A stretch of DNA of 64,000 nucleotides from Terriglobia bacterium (GCA_965218585.1 CBDCLE010000004.1:143006-207005); one strand, 5' to 3'. Counted from the stretch's first letter, positions 14,791-27,043 are shown. Program-made: numbers and translations. Notes: generated from the letters alone by a model not told the origin.

Positions 14791-17501
14791 TGGCGCTCCA
14801 TCCCAACTTCCCCGAATCGCCTTATGCCATCCTCGACCCGTCTATCCGTTGGTTTCCGGCGGATGAAGCCCTGCGGGAATCCAGCTCCGAGAAGCTGATG
14901 CCGCCGCTGGTGCCGCAACTGCGCAAGAAAGTGAAGGAATGGCGGGACAGCGGCTACGTGGGGGCGACCGACACCAGCAAGAGCCTGCTCAACTGGTGGT
15001 TCAACACGCCACACATGCTCCCCCAAACCGACGGCACCATGACCGAGTTCCAGTATTACTTTGCGCAGCGCGAGGCGCTGGAGACTATCGTCTATCTTTA
15101 TGACGTGGTGGGCGTGCAGGACAAGTACGACCTGATGCGTTTCGACAGTAGCGGAGCGGTCTCCACGGGCATGTTTGACGAGACCTGGCGACGCTTTGTA
15201 GTGAAAATGGCGACCGGCACAGGCAAGACCAAGCTGCTAAGCCTGGCGCTGGCCTGGAGTTTCTTCCACAAGCTGTATGAGCCGGAGTCGGAGCTGTCCC
15301 GCAACTTCCTGGTGATTGCGCCCAACATCATTGTGCTGGATCGCATCTACAAAGATTTCAGTGGTCTGCGCATCTTCTTCGCGGACCCGGTGCTGCCGGA
15401 CAACGGCGTGGACGGGCGCAACTGGCGCGACGATTTTCAGCTGACCCTGCACCGGCAGGACGAGGTTCGCATCACACGGCCCACCGGCAACATCTTTTTG
15501 ACCAACATCCACCGCGTCTATGCCGGGGACGATACTCCCGCAGCGCCCGATGATGAAGACACGATGGATTACTTTCTGGGCAAGCGGCCCACTGGCGCAA
15601 CCATCGACTCCAAAGTGGATTTGGGCATGATCGTGCGCGACATTGATGAACTGATGGTATTGAACGACGAGGCCCACCATATTCACGACCCGCGCATGGC
15701 TTGGTTCAAATCCATCGAAGACATCCACAACCGCTTGAATCAAAAAGGGTCGGCCCTTTCCCTGCAAGTGGACGTGACCGCTACGCCCAAGCACAACAAC
15801 GGCGCGATTTTCGTGCAGACCATCGCCGATTACCCGCTGGTGGAAGCTATCTCGCAAAACGTGGTCAAGCATCCGGTGCTGCCCGACGCCGCCAGTCGCG
15901 CCAAGTTGACGGAACAGAAGAGCGCAAAGTACACCGAGAAATACGCCGACTACATTCACCTGGGCGTAATCGAGTGGCGCAAAGCGTATGCCGAGCACGA
16001 AAAACTGGGCAAGAAAACCATCTTGTTCGTGATGACCGATGACACTCGCAACTGCGACGACGTAGCCAAATACCTAGAAGGCCACTACCCCGATCTGAAA
16101 GACGCTGTGCTGGTCATCCATACAAAGAGAAACGGCGAGATCTCCGAATCAACGTCAGGCAAGAACAAAGAAGATTTGGAGAAGCTGCGCGATCAAGCCA
16201 ACTCGATTGACGGGCTGGACAGCCCCTACAAGGCGATCATCTCGGTGATGGTGCTGAAAGAAGGTTGGGACGTGCGGAACGTCACCACCATAGTGGGGCT
16301 ACGAGCGTATTCGGCCCCCAGCAACATCCTGCCTGAACAGACTCTAGGGCGCGGCCTGCGGAAAATGTACCCCGGAGGCCCGGAGGAATATGTCAGCGTG
16401 GTGGGCACGGATGCCTTCATGGATTTCGTAGAATCCATTCAGGCGGAAGGAGTGGTGCTGGAACACAAGCCGATGGGCGAGGGCACCGGGGCAAAGACCC
16501 CGCTGGTGGTGGAGATTGACAAGGAAAACGACAAAAAAGACATTGGCGCGCTGGATATTGAAATCCCCGTGCTTACGCCGCGCGCCTATCGGGAATACAA
16601 GAACCTGGGCGAGCTGAACGCGAGCGCCTTGGGGCATCAGCGCGTGGCCTACCAATATTTCAGCGAGGAAGAACAACGGGAGATCGTCTTCAAGGACATC
16701 ACTACCGGCGAGATGGCGCATACCACTATTCTCGACACGGCGGGCATTGCCGATTACCGCAGTGTGATCGGCTACTTCGCGCAGACCCTGATGAAGGACT
16801 TGCGGCTGGTCAGCGGTTACGACGTGCTGTATGGAAAGGTCAAAGCGTTTGTGCAAGAACAGTTGTTTGACCGTCCTGTGAATCTAGAGACCGCCAACAC
16901 CCTGCGCAACTTGTCGGAACTGGCCGCGACCAAAACCCTGATAGAAACATTCAAGAAGGCGATCAACGCGCTCACCGTGCGGGACAAAGGCGACGCCGAA
17001 ATTCGGGGCACCATCAAACTGCGGCAGACACGCCCCTTCGTAGCCAAAGATCAGGGCTACCTTATTCCGAAAAAGAGCGTCTTTAACAAGATCATTGGGG
17101 ACAGCCGTTTTGAACTGCTGTTTGCCCGCTTCCTGGAAGATTGCAGTGACGTGGTTTCCTACGCCAAAAATTATCTGGCGGTACGCTTCAAACTGGATTA
17201 CGTGAACGCTGATGGTGACATCTCCAACTACTACCCGGATTTTCTGGTCAAGCTGTCCTCCAAGCGGATTTTCATTGTGGAAACCAAAGGCCAGGAAGAA
17301 ATTGACGTTCCGCTGAAGATGCAACGGCTACAGCAATGGTGCGAAGACATTAACCGAGCACAGGCGGCCACGGAATACGACTTTGCTTACGTGGACGAGG
17401 AGAGCTTTGAGAAATACAAGCCTGCCTCATTCAAACAATTGGTCGCAGGCTTCAGAGAATACAAAGGGGAAGTTCTCCCTGCACGGTCCGGTACTGATTG
17501 A
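14790..17501 (+). CDS. res: Type III restriction endonuclease/helicase (Res)
   Basis: MATGTGKT, NDEAHH, TATP, LKEGWD, QTLGRGLR and C-terminal YYPDF..VETKG PD-(D/E)xK. Confidence 0.93.
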
Positions 17502-17788
17502 TGGAGTGAACTTGGGAAAGTTTCGAGCCAAGCGGAGATTGGAGGAATTGGAATTTGATCTCGTCCGTGATCTCACGCAGTAGTGCCTCAGCGGTTCGGG
17601 CCATGCTCCTTCTCAGGTCCGCGCTTCCGGCCCGGCTGGCGCATCAGTTCCAGCACCCGCGCAACGTCGCCGCCAGCTTGTCAGAACGGTTCTCCGAGCC
17701 ATTCTCATTCGTTCGACGTATGCAAGACATAGAATCAGACATGGGATAAGACACACGGAGGCGCTCGCAGGAAGGCGCCATCCCCATC

Positions 17789-18575
17789 TGGCGCTGAGAG
17801 AGGATTCTGAAGCCGGGAGAAAGATGCAACCCATGAAGGCAAAGGAGGCTGCCGATCGGATCCTTGACCACGTCTACGGGAATGTAGACGCATTCAGGGC
17901 AAGACCGCTGCGGAAAGCGGAACAATTCGCTGCGGCAGGACTCATGCGGTGCTGCGGGTTGCTGAAGGGCATTCTAGTACTCGACGAGGCCAGAATGCCA
18001 GCGCTGGCAGGCATGCTCGTTCGGCAGCACTGGGAAGCCTGGCTCGTATCGCTCTACGTTCTCTTGGGTGGAGACAAAGCTCTGGAAGAAATCCGTGATG
18101 ACCACATTCAACGGAGCCACCAGCTATGCGAGTCGCTCCGGATGGAAGGAGATCACCATCATCCGGACTCTGTTAAGAATCAGAAGAAATTGAACTACTG
18201 GGAAATGCACAAACGCGTGATCGAGCTACTCCGCGAACAAGGAGAATCGGTCGATGGTCCAGCAGGAGTCACTGGTTATGATGTGATCTACCGCTCCGAG
18301 TCGCTTTTTTCGACCCATGCGAACGTGTTTACGATCGGCAGACATCTGGTTTGCGGAGACGATGAGTGGGCAGTCTCTGTGGACTCATCGGAAACACGGG
18401 GAGACGATGTCGCATCTGCGCCGGTGATTTACACAAGGGATCTGGCTCAGCGTGTCTTCAAGGAGTTCGGCCTGGATGGCAATGCGATGGCTTCTTTCGT
18501 CGCTGATTTCGCGTAGTGCTGGCACGTGCTCAGTCCGCGAATGGCGCTGAGAGACGATTCTGAAGCTGGGGAAAA
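17789..18575 (+). repeat. ~34-bp direct repeat pair (17789-17822, 18542-18575) flanking one gene
   Basis: TGGCGCTGAGAGAGGATTCTGAAGCCGGGAGAAA vs TGGCGCTGAGAGACGATTCTGAAGCTGGGGAAAA. Confidence 0.8.
17824..18516 (+). CDS. Hypothetical helical protein, DUF5677/HEPN-like
   Basis: LVRQHWEAWL and YRSESLFSTHAN loosely resemble DUF5677 motifs. Confidence 0.5.
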   Translation: MQPMKAKEAADRILDHVYGNVDAFRARPLRKAEQFAAAGLMRCCGLLKGILVLDEARMPALAGMLVRQHWEAWLVSLYVLLGGDKALEEIRDDHIQRSHQLCESLRMEGDHHHPDSVKNQKKLNYWEMHKRVIELLREQGESVDGPAGVTGYDVIYRSESLFSTHANVFTIGRHLVCGDDEWAVSVDSSETRGDDVASAPVIYTRDLAQRVFKEFGLDGNAMASFVADFA

Positions 18576-18581
18576 CCCCTT

Positions 18582-18812
18582 TTACGGTGAAAACCGGAGG
18601 AGTTCGCTGACGACCAAACGGTCGCCGCGCTGGAGGACGTTTATCAGCGCGTCGAGGCGGCGGCGCTTTTCGGAAGCCTGTCCAGAGGCGGTCGCCTCGA
18701 TGAAATCGTCGATGCGGAAGTCGTGTTTGTGTGCGTACTCGAGGATGGCGAGACGCTGGCTGCGCACGTCCTGCTGCGCGGTCGAGACCCTCAAATAGGC
18801 AACGGTTTTCAC
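18582..18812 (-). pseudogene. Serine recombinase (resolvase) N-terminal fragment
   Basis: VAYLRVSTAQQD, EATASG, GDRLVVSEL, then truncated. Confidence 0.85.
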
Positions 18813-19352
18813 GGCCTGACCAAGGAATACGTCTTCTGGTGTTTTATCTAACAGATACGAAACATGGAATGCGTTACGTTCCATGCTACTAAACTGTTAG
18901 GTCGAGACGGGCGTTTGTTCCTGACAGAACCCTGCCGGTCTCCGACCCCGACGCCTCTCGCCTCCGTCTGATTCGTGATGCCAGCTTTCTGGAAGCCGAT
19001 CGACGCGAGATCGCCCTGCGGCGGGGCCGCCACAATCGATTGGTCGGCCACATTCACGAGCACCAGGTCGTGTACCGCCGCTGATTTCATGGCGAGAGTG
19101 AACCCACCATAATCAGACCGCTGCGGCGACAGCAAGGTGTTGTCGCGCCTGAACCGGGGATTGAAATCCGAGGCGCAGGATCAGCGCGTGCATGGAAGGG
19201 GCAGATTCAGAAGCAGAGAATGCCCACAGCAAGGGGATACCGTCCCCGGAATATCCGTCACATGCTGTCCGAAGCTGCGGGTGGGAACTTGCGCCTGGCG
19301 CACAAAGAAGCGGTTTTGCGACGATCTGGCAAAGGATATAATCCTCGAATCT

Positions 19353-20708
19353 ATGGAACAGGCTAACGGACAATCCGAACCGGCCAGTGCCGGCGACCTG
19401 ACGCTACGGCGCAGCATCGGCCTATGGCAGATGACGCTCTACGCGGCCGGCAGCATGCTGGGCGCCGGCATTTACGGCCTGATTGGGCAAGTTGCAGGCG
19501 AGATGGGTTCGGCGATCTGGCTTGCCTTTTTGCTATCGCTGGTAGCGGCAGGGTTGACAGGATTATCGTATGCCTCGCTCGGGTCACGCTATCCGCGCGC
19601 GGGTGGCGCCGCCTATATCACGCAGCGCGCCTATCGTCGTCGCCTGCTCACCCATGTCGTCGGTCTCACTTTAGCCTGCTCGGGCTTCACCTCGATTGCC
19701 GCCGGCGCACGCGTGGTGGGCGAGAATCTGCAAGCCCTGCCCGGCCTTGAGGGCCTGCCCACCGGCATGCTGGCGTTCATCTATCTCGCCATCGTCGGCG
19801 GGATTGTCTATCGCGGCATTCGCGAATCGATGTGGGTCAATGTCGGCTGTACGCTGGTGGAAGCGGGGGGATTGCTGTTTGTGATCGCGGTCGGCCTGCG
19901 CTTCTGGGGTTCGGCGAATTTGTTGGAATTCCCGGTGGGCTCGGAAACCGAAGCTGGCCTTCCCCTGGTGCTGCTGGTGCAGGGCGTCGTGCTCACCTTC
20001 TACGCCTTCCTTGGCTTCGAGGATTCGATCAACATTGCCGAGGAGTTGAAGAATCCACGGCGCGACCTGCCGTTCGGTCTGGTGATGGCGCTGGTGCTGA
20101 CCGTCATCATCTATATGAGTGTGGCAATCACCGCCGTCTCGGTGGTGCCCTGGCAGCAATTGGCCGAAGCCAATGCGCCGCTGGCCGAAGTCATGACGCG
20201 CGCCGCGCCCTGGCTTCCGGCCTGGGTGTTCATCGCTATTACCATCTTTGCGGTCGCCAATACCGGGCTGATCAATTACGTCACCGCTTCGCGCCTCTTA
20301 TACGGCATGGCCCGCGACAGGCATCTGCCGCTCTCTCTCTCCCGCATCCATCCGGTGCGGCGCACGCCCTATGTCGCCATTGGGCTGATCTTCGTGGTGA
20401 TCGTGATTCTGATCCTGTCGGGCGACATCTCACAATTGGCCTCGGCCACGGTATTACTGCTGCTTTTGGTGTTCTCCGTGGTGAACAGCGCACTCGTCAT
20501 CCTCAAGCTGCGCCCCGGCGAACCTGAGGGCGCATTCGAGCTACCCCTTGCGGTGCCTGCGCTCGGCGCCGTGGTCTGTGTTGCGCTGTTCCTGGCGCGG
20601 GCCGGGGCCGGCGACTGGCGCGCGCCGGCCATTGCCGGCGTACTGCTGCTGGGAGTCGCCGCGCTCTATCTCTGGATCAGACCGAGGCTCGCCGCAGAAG
20701 AGGGGTAG
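19353..20708 (+). CDS. APC-family amino acid permease
   Basis: GSMLGAGIY, YPRAGG, FYAFLGFE, AEELKNPRR; many hydrophobic segments. Confidence 0.92.
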   Translation: MEQANGQSEPASAGDLTLRRSIGLWQMTLYAAGSMLGAGIYGLIGQVAGEMGSAIWLAFLLSLVAAGLTGLSYASLGSRYPRAGGAAYITQRAYRRRLLTHVVGLTLACSGFTSIAAGARVVGENLQALPGLEGLPTGMLAFIYLAIVGGIVYRGIRESMWVNVGCTLVEAGGLLFVIAVGLRFWGSANLLEFPVGSETEAGLPLVLLVQGVVLTFYAFLGFEDSINIAEELKNPRRDLPFGLVMALVLTVIIYMSVAITAVSVVPWQQLAEANAPLAEVMTRAAPWLPAWVFIAITIFAVANTGLINYVTASRLLYGMARDRHLPLSLSRIHPVRRTPYVAIGLIFVVIVILILSGDISQLASATVLLLLLVFSVVNSALVILKLRPGEPEGAFELPLAVPALGAVVCVALFLARAGAGDWRAPAIAGVLLLGVAALYLWIRPRLAAEEG

Positions 20709-21190
20709 CGTCGGGAGTTTGCGCCCCGGTCGCTACGAGGACCCGCCGCCGATCGAAACGGCCCGAGCTGGAGCCCTGAGGAGCGTACCCCCGGCTGCGG
20801 GCGTCACGAAGACCCGTCGGCGGTAGTCTTCGCTCTCAGACGCACCGCTCCACCCGGTCGTTGCATCAGACGATGACAGTTCCGGCCTTGCGTGCTCCTG
20901 AATCCACCTGCTCTTATCGCTCCGCCAATCCTATCTGCACCAGAACCCGTCCGTCGTCGCCCGTCGAAGGGACTGACCATGAAGCTGCACTGGGCCGTCA
21001 GATTGTCGAATCCGTAGACGGAGGGCCTGCTGCACTGCATGACTCTCGATCCGTGGTAACCTGATGCTTCAAAACACGTCGACTGACATCGCCGATGCGT
21101 TTTCGCGCAACGCCGTCGCACAGTTGACGCGTGTGCCCGGGCGACTGACCCGGCCGGCCTGGATGTGCCCGCCCAGTCCTACGTCAAATC

Positions 21191-22123
21191 ATGTCGAGCG
21201 TCGCCAGAAAACACCATTTCGTTCCACAAGGTTACCTCGCCGGGTTTACCGACGAGGGTACGATCGACGGCCGACTCACTGTCTTCGACCTGGTATCGCG
21301 CAAGACGTTTCGGACGCGGCCACGGAACGTGGCGGCCCAACGCGACTTCAACCGAGTTGACCTCGAAGGCCGTACGGCAGACGTGTTGGAACGATCTCTA
21401 GGTGAATTCGAGGGGATGGCGATTTCCGCCATCCGTCGCGTTCAGGAGAGCGTAGAGCCGCTCACGGACGATGAACGATCCGAGATCGTCAGTTTCATGA
21501 CGCTTCTCATTGCTCGCAATCCGAAGCGTCGTCGAGCGATAAACACCGCCCGGCAACATCAGCGTCGAGTCATCCTGGACATCCTTGCCTCAGACAGGGA
21601 CATGTACGAATACCACCTCGCGATGGCCAAGAGAGACGGGTTCGTTCGTGACGAGGCGGACGTGCCCTTCGAGGAAGCGGAGGCGTTCATCAAGTCCGGC
21701 CGATGCGAAATCGGGATCAGCTCGACTGAGAGCCTGTCGTTGGAACTAGATGGCATTGACAGCATCTTCGAAATGCTGGCGTCGCGTTCATGGTCGCTGG
21801 TGAGAACCGACCCGGAAGGCCCAGACTTGGTAACCTGTGATCACCCTGTGGCGGTGGTGTTCAAGGACCAGAGCGGGTGTGGCCCCATCGGATATGGCCT
21901 GCCGGGTACTGAGGTGTCGTTCCCACTGGGTCCGAGGTGCGCCGTCATCGGTGTTCTCGAAGATCCCCTTCAGCCGCTGTTCACAGCCAGCGCGGAGCAA
22001 GTGGCGGATCTGAACAGTCGTACGGTGTACTATGCAGATCGTCAGGTCTATTCGAAGACGCCGCGCGCCTTGATTCTCGAACGAGGAGGCGTTGCGGAGT
22101 TCAACCTCGAGCCTCATGGCTGA
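21191..22123 (+). CDS. DUF4238 domain protein
   Basis: RKHHFVPQGYL, LVTCDHPV, FPLGP motifs. Confidence 0.82.
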   Translation: MSSVARKHHFVPQGYLAGFTDEGTIDGRLTVFDLVSRKTFRTRPRNVAAQRDFNRVDLEGRTADVLERSLGEFEGMAISAIRRVQESVEPLTDDERSEIVSFMTLLIARNPKRRRAINTARQHQRRVILDILASDRDMYEYHLAMAKRDGFVRDEADVPFEEAEAFIKSGRCEIGISSTESLSLELDGIDSIFEMLASRSWSLVRTDPEGPDLVTCDHPVAVVFKDQSGCGPIGYGLPGTEVSFPLGPRCAVIGVLEDPLQPLFTASAEQVADLNSRTVYYADRQVYSKTPRALILERGGVAEFNLEPHG

Positions 22124-22649
22124 TTTCGGTAGCGAGCCGCCGACGTTGGGCGGAAACGGCCGTGAACGAGCCTTCTCGGGGAACGGGCACGTTGGATCTA
22201 TGTCGGCTGCGGTGTCGATGTAGACTGCCTGCCATGTCTTCAGCTACTTGAGACGTGTCGAACTCCTCCAGAGCGACGTAAACAGTGAAGTTGCGTTGCC
22301 CTACATCTTAACAGCGGGAGGAGTAGCCGCTGCGGTCCGCGAGTTGGCGAGTCGGCCAATCCAGGTCTTGCCCTGAACCGACATCCAAACGGTCGACCCG
22401 ACATCGTTCCGCTCGCGGCGCCCGAAGTAGCTGCCCAGGAACTCGTTGGGCACCTACCTGAGGAAGCTCCGCATGTGGTAGCCGAGACGATACTCCCTGT
22501 CGGCTCCGGAGAAGGCCTCGAAGGCTGAATCGGTGCGCTAATTTCAGGGCGGACTGTCGGATAATTACTAAACGGCTACAGATGGAGGGGTCATCGCAAG
22601 GTTTGTACCTGAAATTACTCTAAGGAAGAAAAACGGCCGCACATGGGGT

Positions 22650-23363
22650 TCAGTACAGTGCTCTAGCGATCCTGTAAGCCGTTGCCCTGCCAATCCCGAG
22701 CCGTTTGGCAGCCTCGCCGGGCGTCAATCCGGCTTCAATGAGTTTTTGGGCGGCCGAAACGGTGTCCGGGTGAAGCGGGGGGCGACCGGGTCTTTTACCG
22801 CGTCTTTTGGTGGCGGCAATGCCGTCGCGGGTGCGCTCGGAAATCAGACGGCGCTCGAAATGCGCAATGGCGCCGAAGACGTGGAAAACCAGTTCGCCCG
22901 CGGCCGATGTGGTGTCGATTCGTTCTTCGAGGCTGACCAGGTGAATGCGGGCATACAACGCGATGATCTTGTCGTCGAATCCCGGAAATCGCCGTTGATA
23001 CTTCCGGATCAGGGCGGGATCGAATCGGCCGTGCCGGTCTCGAGGAATCGACAACATCAGCTCGCCGTCGTCGCTGAGCACCGTCTTCCGGCTTGAGCCG
23101 TTCCGATGGTTGCCAGCTTCTTGCTCGCTCTCCCCACCGAGATGCATATCCATCTCGGCGTTCAGCATCCGCTCGGCCAACGCCTTCTTCAGATCTCCGA
23201 CAAGGCCGTCTGAGCGCAAGACCGTTGCAGGATCTTGCCCTTCCAAAAGTTCATCCAGCACCTCGGCGCTGAACCTGGTCTCTTGCTTCTCCTTCGCCAT
23301 ACCTGCTCCTTTCCCTTCCGGGAGTCAGTATGGCTCACACATACATAATTCCTGACAGGCTCC
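22650..23363 (-). pseudogene. Chimera: IS256 left end and transposase N-terminus fused to resolvase C-terminus (ORF 22650-23300)
   Basis: RNGSSRKTV..IPRDRHG..IIALYAR (IS256) joined to IHLVSLEERIDTT..AHFERRLISERT..HTH. Confidence 0.85.
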
Positions 23364-23507
23364 GGCGCCCTGTCCCAATTGAACCCCCTCGGCTCCGCGG
23401 TCGGTAACCGACTGATTTTGCTTGTGCAATATTTGTCCATAACAGACTAGTGTTCAACAGGGACAACATCGGATGCCAAGACGCCACATTCTCACCGCCG
23501 GTGCCTT

Positions 23508-25146
23508 AGACACCATGGATTGACCTGCCCTGGCCTCGTACGCGTGGGTTATGTTGCGGGGCGAGGAACCTTCGACACAGAGCCACAACGAGGAGGGCAG
23601 GTCATGAACAAGTGTAGTGCATACGTTGGACTGGACGTTCACAAGGACACGATCGCGGTGGCGGTAGCGCTGCCCGGACGTGAGGCGCCGGTGTACCGGG
23701 GCGAGATCAAGAATCAACGCAAATCGCTGCTGCGACTCATTCGCAGCCTGAGTCCGCACGCAGAGGTGTTGAGCTTCTGCTACGAGGCGGGACCGTGCGG
23801 GTATGGGGTGTATCGAGAGATCATCGACACCGGCCACTATTGCGAGGTGGTCGCGCCGAGCCTGATCCCGCGGCGCGCGGGGGAGCGAGTGAAGACGGAT
23901 CGGCGCGACGCGGTGAAGCTGGCGCGGCTGCATCGGTCGGGGGAGCTGACGGCGGTGTGGGTGCCCGACGAGGAGCAGGAGGCGATGCGCGACCTGACGC
24001 GGGCGCGCGAGGACATGAAGGCGATCGAGGCCAAGGCTCGGCAGCGACTGGGGGTGTTTCTGCTGCGTCATGATCGAGTGTATCGGGAAGGCAAGAGCCG
24101 GTGGACGCAACGGCACTTTCGGTGGCTGGAGGAGCAGCGGTTCGAGCATCCGGTACAGCAGGTGGTGTTTCAGGAATACGTCGATACGGTGATGGAGGCG
24201 CGCCGCCGCGTGGCGGGCCTGGAAGGGCAGATGCGCGAGGTGTTGGAGCAGTGGTCGCTGCGTCCGATGGTCGAGGCGCTGATCGCGTTGCGCGGGGTGG
24301 ATGTGGTCACGGCCATGACGGTGCTGGCCGAACTCGGGGACCTGACGCGTTTTGATTCGCCGCGCGAGCTGATGAGCTTTCTGGGGCTGGTGCCGAGCGA
24401 GCACTCCTCGGGGCCGCGGCGGCGCCAAGGAGCCATCACGAAAACAGGCAATGGACACGTGCGCCGCGTGCTGGTTGAATCGGCCTGGAGCTACCGGTTC
24501 CCTGCGCGCAAAACCAGGCACTTGAGATGCAAGGCGAGTGCGGCGCCGCCAGCAGTGCAGGCCATCGCCTGGGCAGCCCAGAAGCGGCTGTGTGCGCGGT
24601 ACCGGCATCTGTATAGCGCGGGCAAGGCGAAGTGCGTGGTCACCACCGCGGTGGCCCGCGAGCTGGTGGGGTTCATCTGGGCGATTGCTTGCGAGGTGAT
24701 GGGCCGAGCCCATGCAACGCGGGCGCGGAGCTGAGAGATGGGCCGGAGTTCTCCACACCTTGCCACTGCTCCGCCGTGTATTCGAAGCACGCGGTGCCAT
24801 GGACAAGGTGTGGGAAACTCCTCTGACGCCTCCCCGGGCGCAATGCCATCATGCGCTTCCGGAGCAAGGCTGGACCCAAAAAACGTAATGTGTTGGATTC
24901 AGGGCGTGGCAGGCCGGTGAGGAGAATCCTCGTGCACGCTATGAGAGGCTTGGCTCAGCCAGACCGACCCACGTCCTTAGACCGAGGCAGCTCCGCGACG
25001 AAGTGATGTCAGGTGGTAGCCAACCCACGAATATCAGAGTGATCCACCGTCGCGAATCATGCCGGCCGCGCCCTGAATCCAGCACATTGAAGGAGGCGCA
25101 TTCGAGAAACGTAACGGAAGCTTGACAGGGTCAATCCATATCAGCG
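23508..25146 (+). mobile_element. IS110-family (IS1111 group) element, apparently complete
   Basis: Subterminal IRs ATGGATTGACC (23516) / GGTCAATCCAT (to 25139); ~400-bp right non-coding end. Confidence 0.85.
23604..24734 (+). CDS. IS110-family transposase
   Basis: YVGLDVHKD, CYEAGP, KTDRRDA, GLVPSEHSSG. Confidence 0.95.
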   Translation: MNKCSAYVGLDVHKDTIAVAVALPGREAPVYRGEIKNQRKSLLRLIRSLSPHAEVLSFCYEAGPCGYGVYREIIDTGHYCEVVAPSLIPRRAGERVKTDRRDAVKLARLHRSGELTAVWVPDEEQEAMRDLTRAREDMKAIEAKARQRLGVFLLRHDRVYREGKSRWTQRHFRWLEEQRFEHPVQQVVFQEYVDTVMEARRRVAGLEGQMREVLEQWSLRPMVEALIALRGVDVVTAMTVLAELGDLTRFDSPRELMSFLGLVPSEHSSGPRRRQGAITKTGNGHVRRVLVESAWSYRFPARKTRHLRCKASAAPPAVQAIAWAAQKRLCARYRHLYSAGKAKCVVTTAVARELVGFIWAIACEVMGRAHATRARS

Positions 25147-25224
25147 TAGGATTTGGCCCCCTACCGGACTCGACCCCAAATAGATTTCAGAAGAGCATGC
25201 CCATTATCTACAATGCTGGCGAAC

Positions 25225-25464
25225 ATGACCGAAGACGAACGACAGGACCTGCTCAGAACGGTCGCCGAGAGCCACGCGAGCCTGTCCGAGGTCGCCCTCA
25301 AGTTACGGTTGGAACTGCCGCCGAAAGCTCCGGCGCTCAAGACAGCGATAAAGGCTGAACGGGAAGCCTTTCATCTCAAGCGTGCACTTCAACAAATCGT
25401 CGTGGAGGATCTTGAACACGCCGACGAGGACCACTCGTTGCCCGAAGTGCGCCGTAGGAAGTGA
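25225..25464 (+). CDS. Hypothetical small helical protein; 3' end overlaps the IS end
   Basis: ORF with plausible composition; no family recognised. Confidence 0.4.
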   Translation: MTEDERQDLLRTVAESHASLSEVALKLRLELPPKAPALKTAIKAEREAFHLKRALQQIVVEDLEHADEDHSLPEVRRRK

Positions 25465-26995
25465 ATGAGATAATAGTGTCGCAGTTAGGAGGAGAATGCG
25501 ATGCCGACGACGTTTCGCCCGTACCAGCCGGAGCAGGGGTTGCTGCTGGCGCCGGATATACGGGATTGGTTGCCGGAGGGGCACTTGGCACACCATGTGA
25601 GCGATCTGGTGGACGGATTGGACTTGACGGCGTTTTACGCGCCTTACGAGGGGGACGGTCGTCGCAAGTCGCCGTATGAGCCGCGGATGATGGCGAAGGT
25701 GCTGATCTACGGGTACGCGACGGGGGTGTTTTCGTCCCGAGGGCTGGCGCGGAAGCTGGAGGAGGACGTGGCATTTCGGGTGTTGGCGGCGGGGAATTTT
25801 CCGAGCCATCGGACGATTTGCGAGTTTCGCCGGCGTCATTTGTCGGATTTCAAGGCGCTGTTTGTGGAGGTGGTCGGTCTGGCGCGCGAGACCGGGGTTG
25901 GGAACTTCGGCAAGTTGTCGATCGACGGGACGAAGGTTCGAGCCAATGCCAGCAAGCGCAAGGCGATGAGTTACGGTCGGATGCAGGAGGAGGAGCGGCG
26001 CCTGGAGGGCGAGATCGAAGCGTTGCTGTCGCGCGCGCGGGAGACCGATGCGGCGGAGGACGCGCGTTTCGGGGAGGCGCATCGCGGCGATGAGTTACCC
26101 GAGGAGTTGCGCCGCCGGGAGGATCGGCTGGCGGCGATCCGGGCGGCCAGGGCGCGATTGGAGGCCAGGCAACGGGAGGCCGACGAGGCGCGGGGACGCG
26201 AGCCCGGTTCGAAGCGCAACCGGAAGAGCGGGCGGCCCTACAAGCGGGAATACGGCGAGCCGGACGAGAAGGCGCAGGACAACTTCACCGATCCCGAAAG
26301 CCGGATCATGAAGACCTCATCGGAGGGTTTTCAGCAGTGCTACAACGCGCAGGTGGCGGTGGAGGGAGAGAAGCAGTTGATCGTCGCCACCGAGGTGTCG
26401 TCGAACGCCAGCGACCAGGGTCGGCTGGTCCCGTTGGTGGACGAGGTGGAGGCCACCCATGGGGAACGGCCCGAGACGGTGCTGGCGGATGCGGGCTACT
26501 GCAACGAGGACGACCTGGAGGCGCTGGAGGCGCGCGGCGTGGACGGCTATGTGGCCTTGGGCCGGGAGGGCCGGCGCGCGGTCGCGGTAGACGCCGCCAG
26601 GCATCCGGCGAAGGCCCGCATGGCCGAGAAGCTGTCGATGGAGGCGGGACGGGTGCAGTACGCCCAGCGCAAATGGCTGTCGGAGGCGCCCAACGGGTGG
26701 ATCAAGGAGGTGCTCGGCTTCCGCCGATTCAGCCTGCGCGGCCTGAACAAGGTCCAGGGCGAGTGGAACTTGGTGTGTCTGGCATTGAACGTCAAGCGGA
26801 TGCAGGGGCTTCAGGCAGCCTGATGACAGGGATACCGCCCGCAAATCAGGCCGAACGAGGGTCGATTCAAGCACCCGTGGCGCACCCATCGGCGCCTCGT
26901 CGTCCAAAACGCCCATTCCCCGGTCACCGATACCGATCAATCGCCATATCGCGAAATTCGCCGAGTCGAAAATCGTCCTACGGCGCAGGCTCCTA
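25448..26995 (+). mobile_element. IS1182-family element (transposase 25501-26823); left IR clipped
   Basis: DUF772-type YEPRMM..SSR, IDGTK, TDPESR, YNAQ, LADAGY; right end CCTACGGCGCAGGCTCCTAG; only TGCGCCGTAGGA remains at left. Confidence 0.92.
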
Positions 26996-27043
26996 GCACC
27001 ATCTTGATCTCTCATCTCTCGACAAATGGAGGTCTTATCCACA

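Noticed and set aside
22130-22545. Degraded minus-strand gene
   Set aside because: Multiple stops, and no family assignable.
23454-24806. Long antisense ORFs (also 8755-9831, 26317-27060, 44452-45375)
   Set aside because: Shadow ORFs of GC-rich genes.
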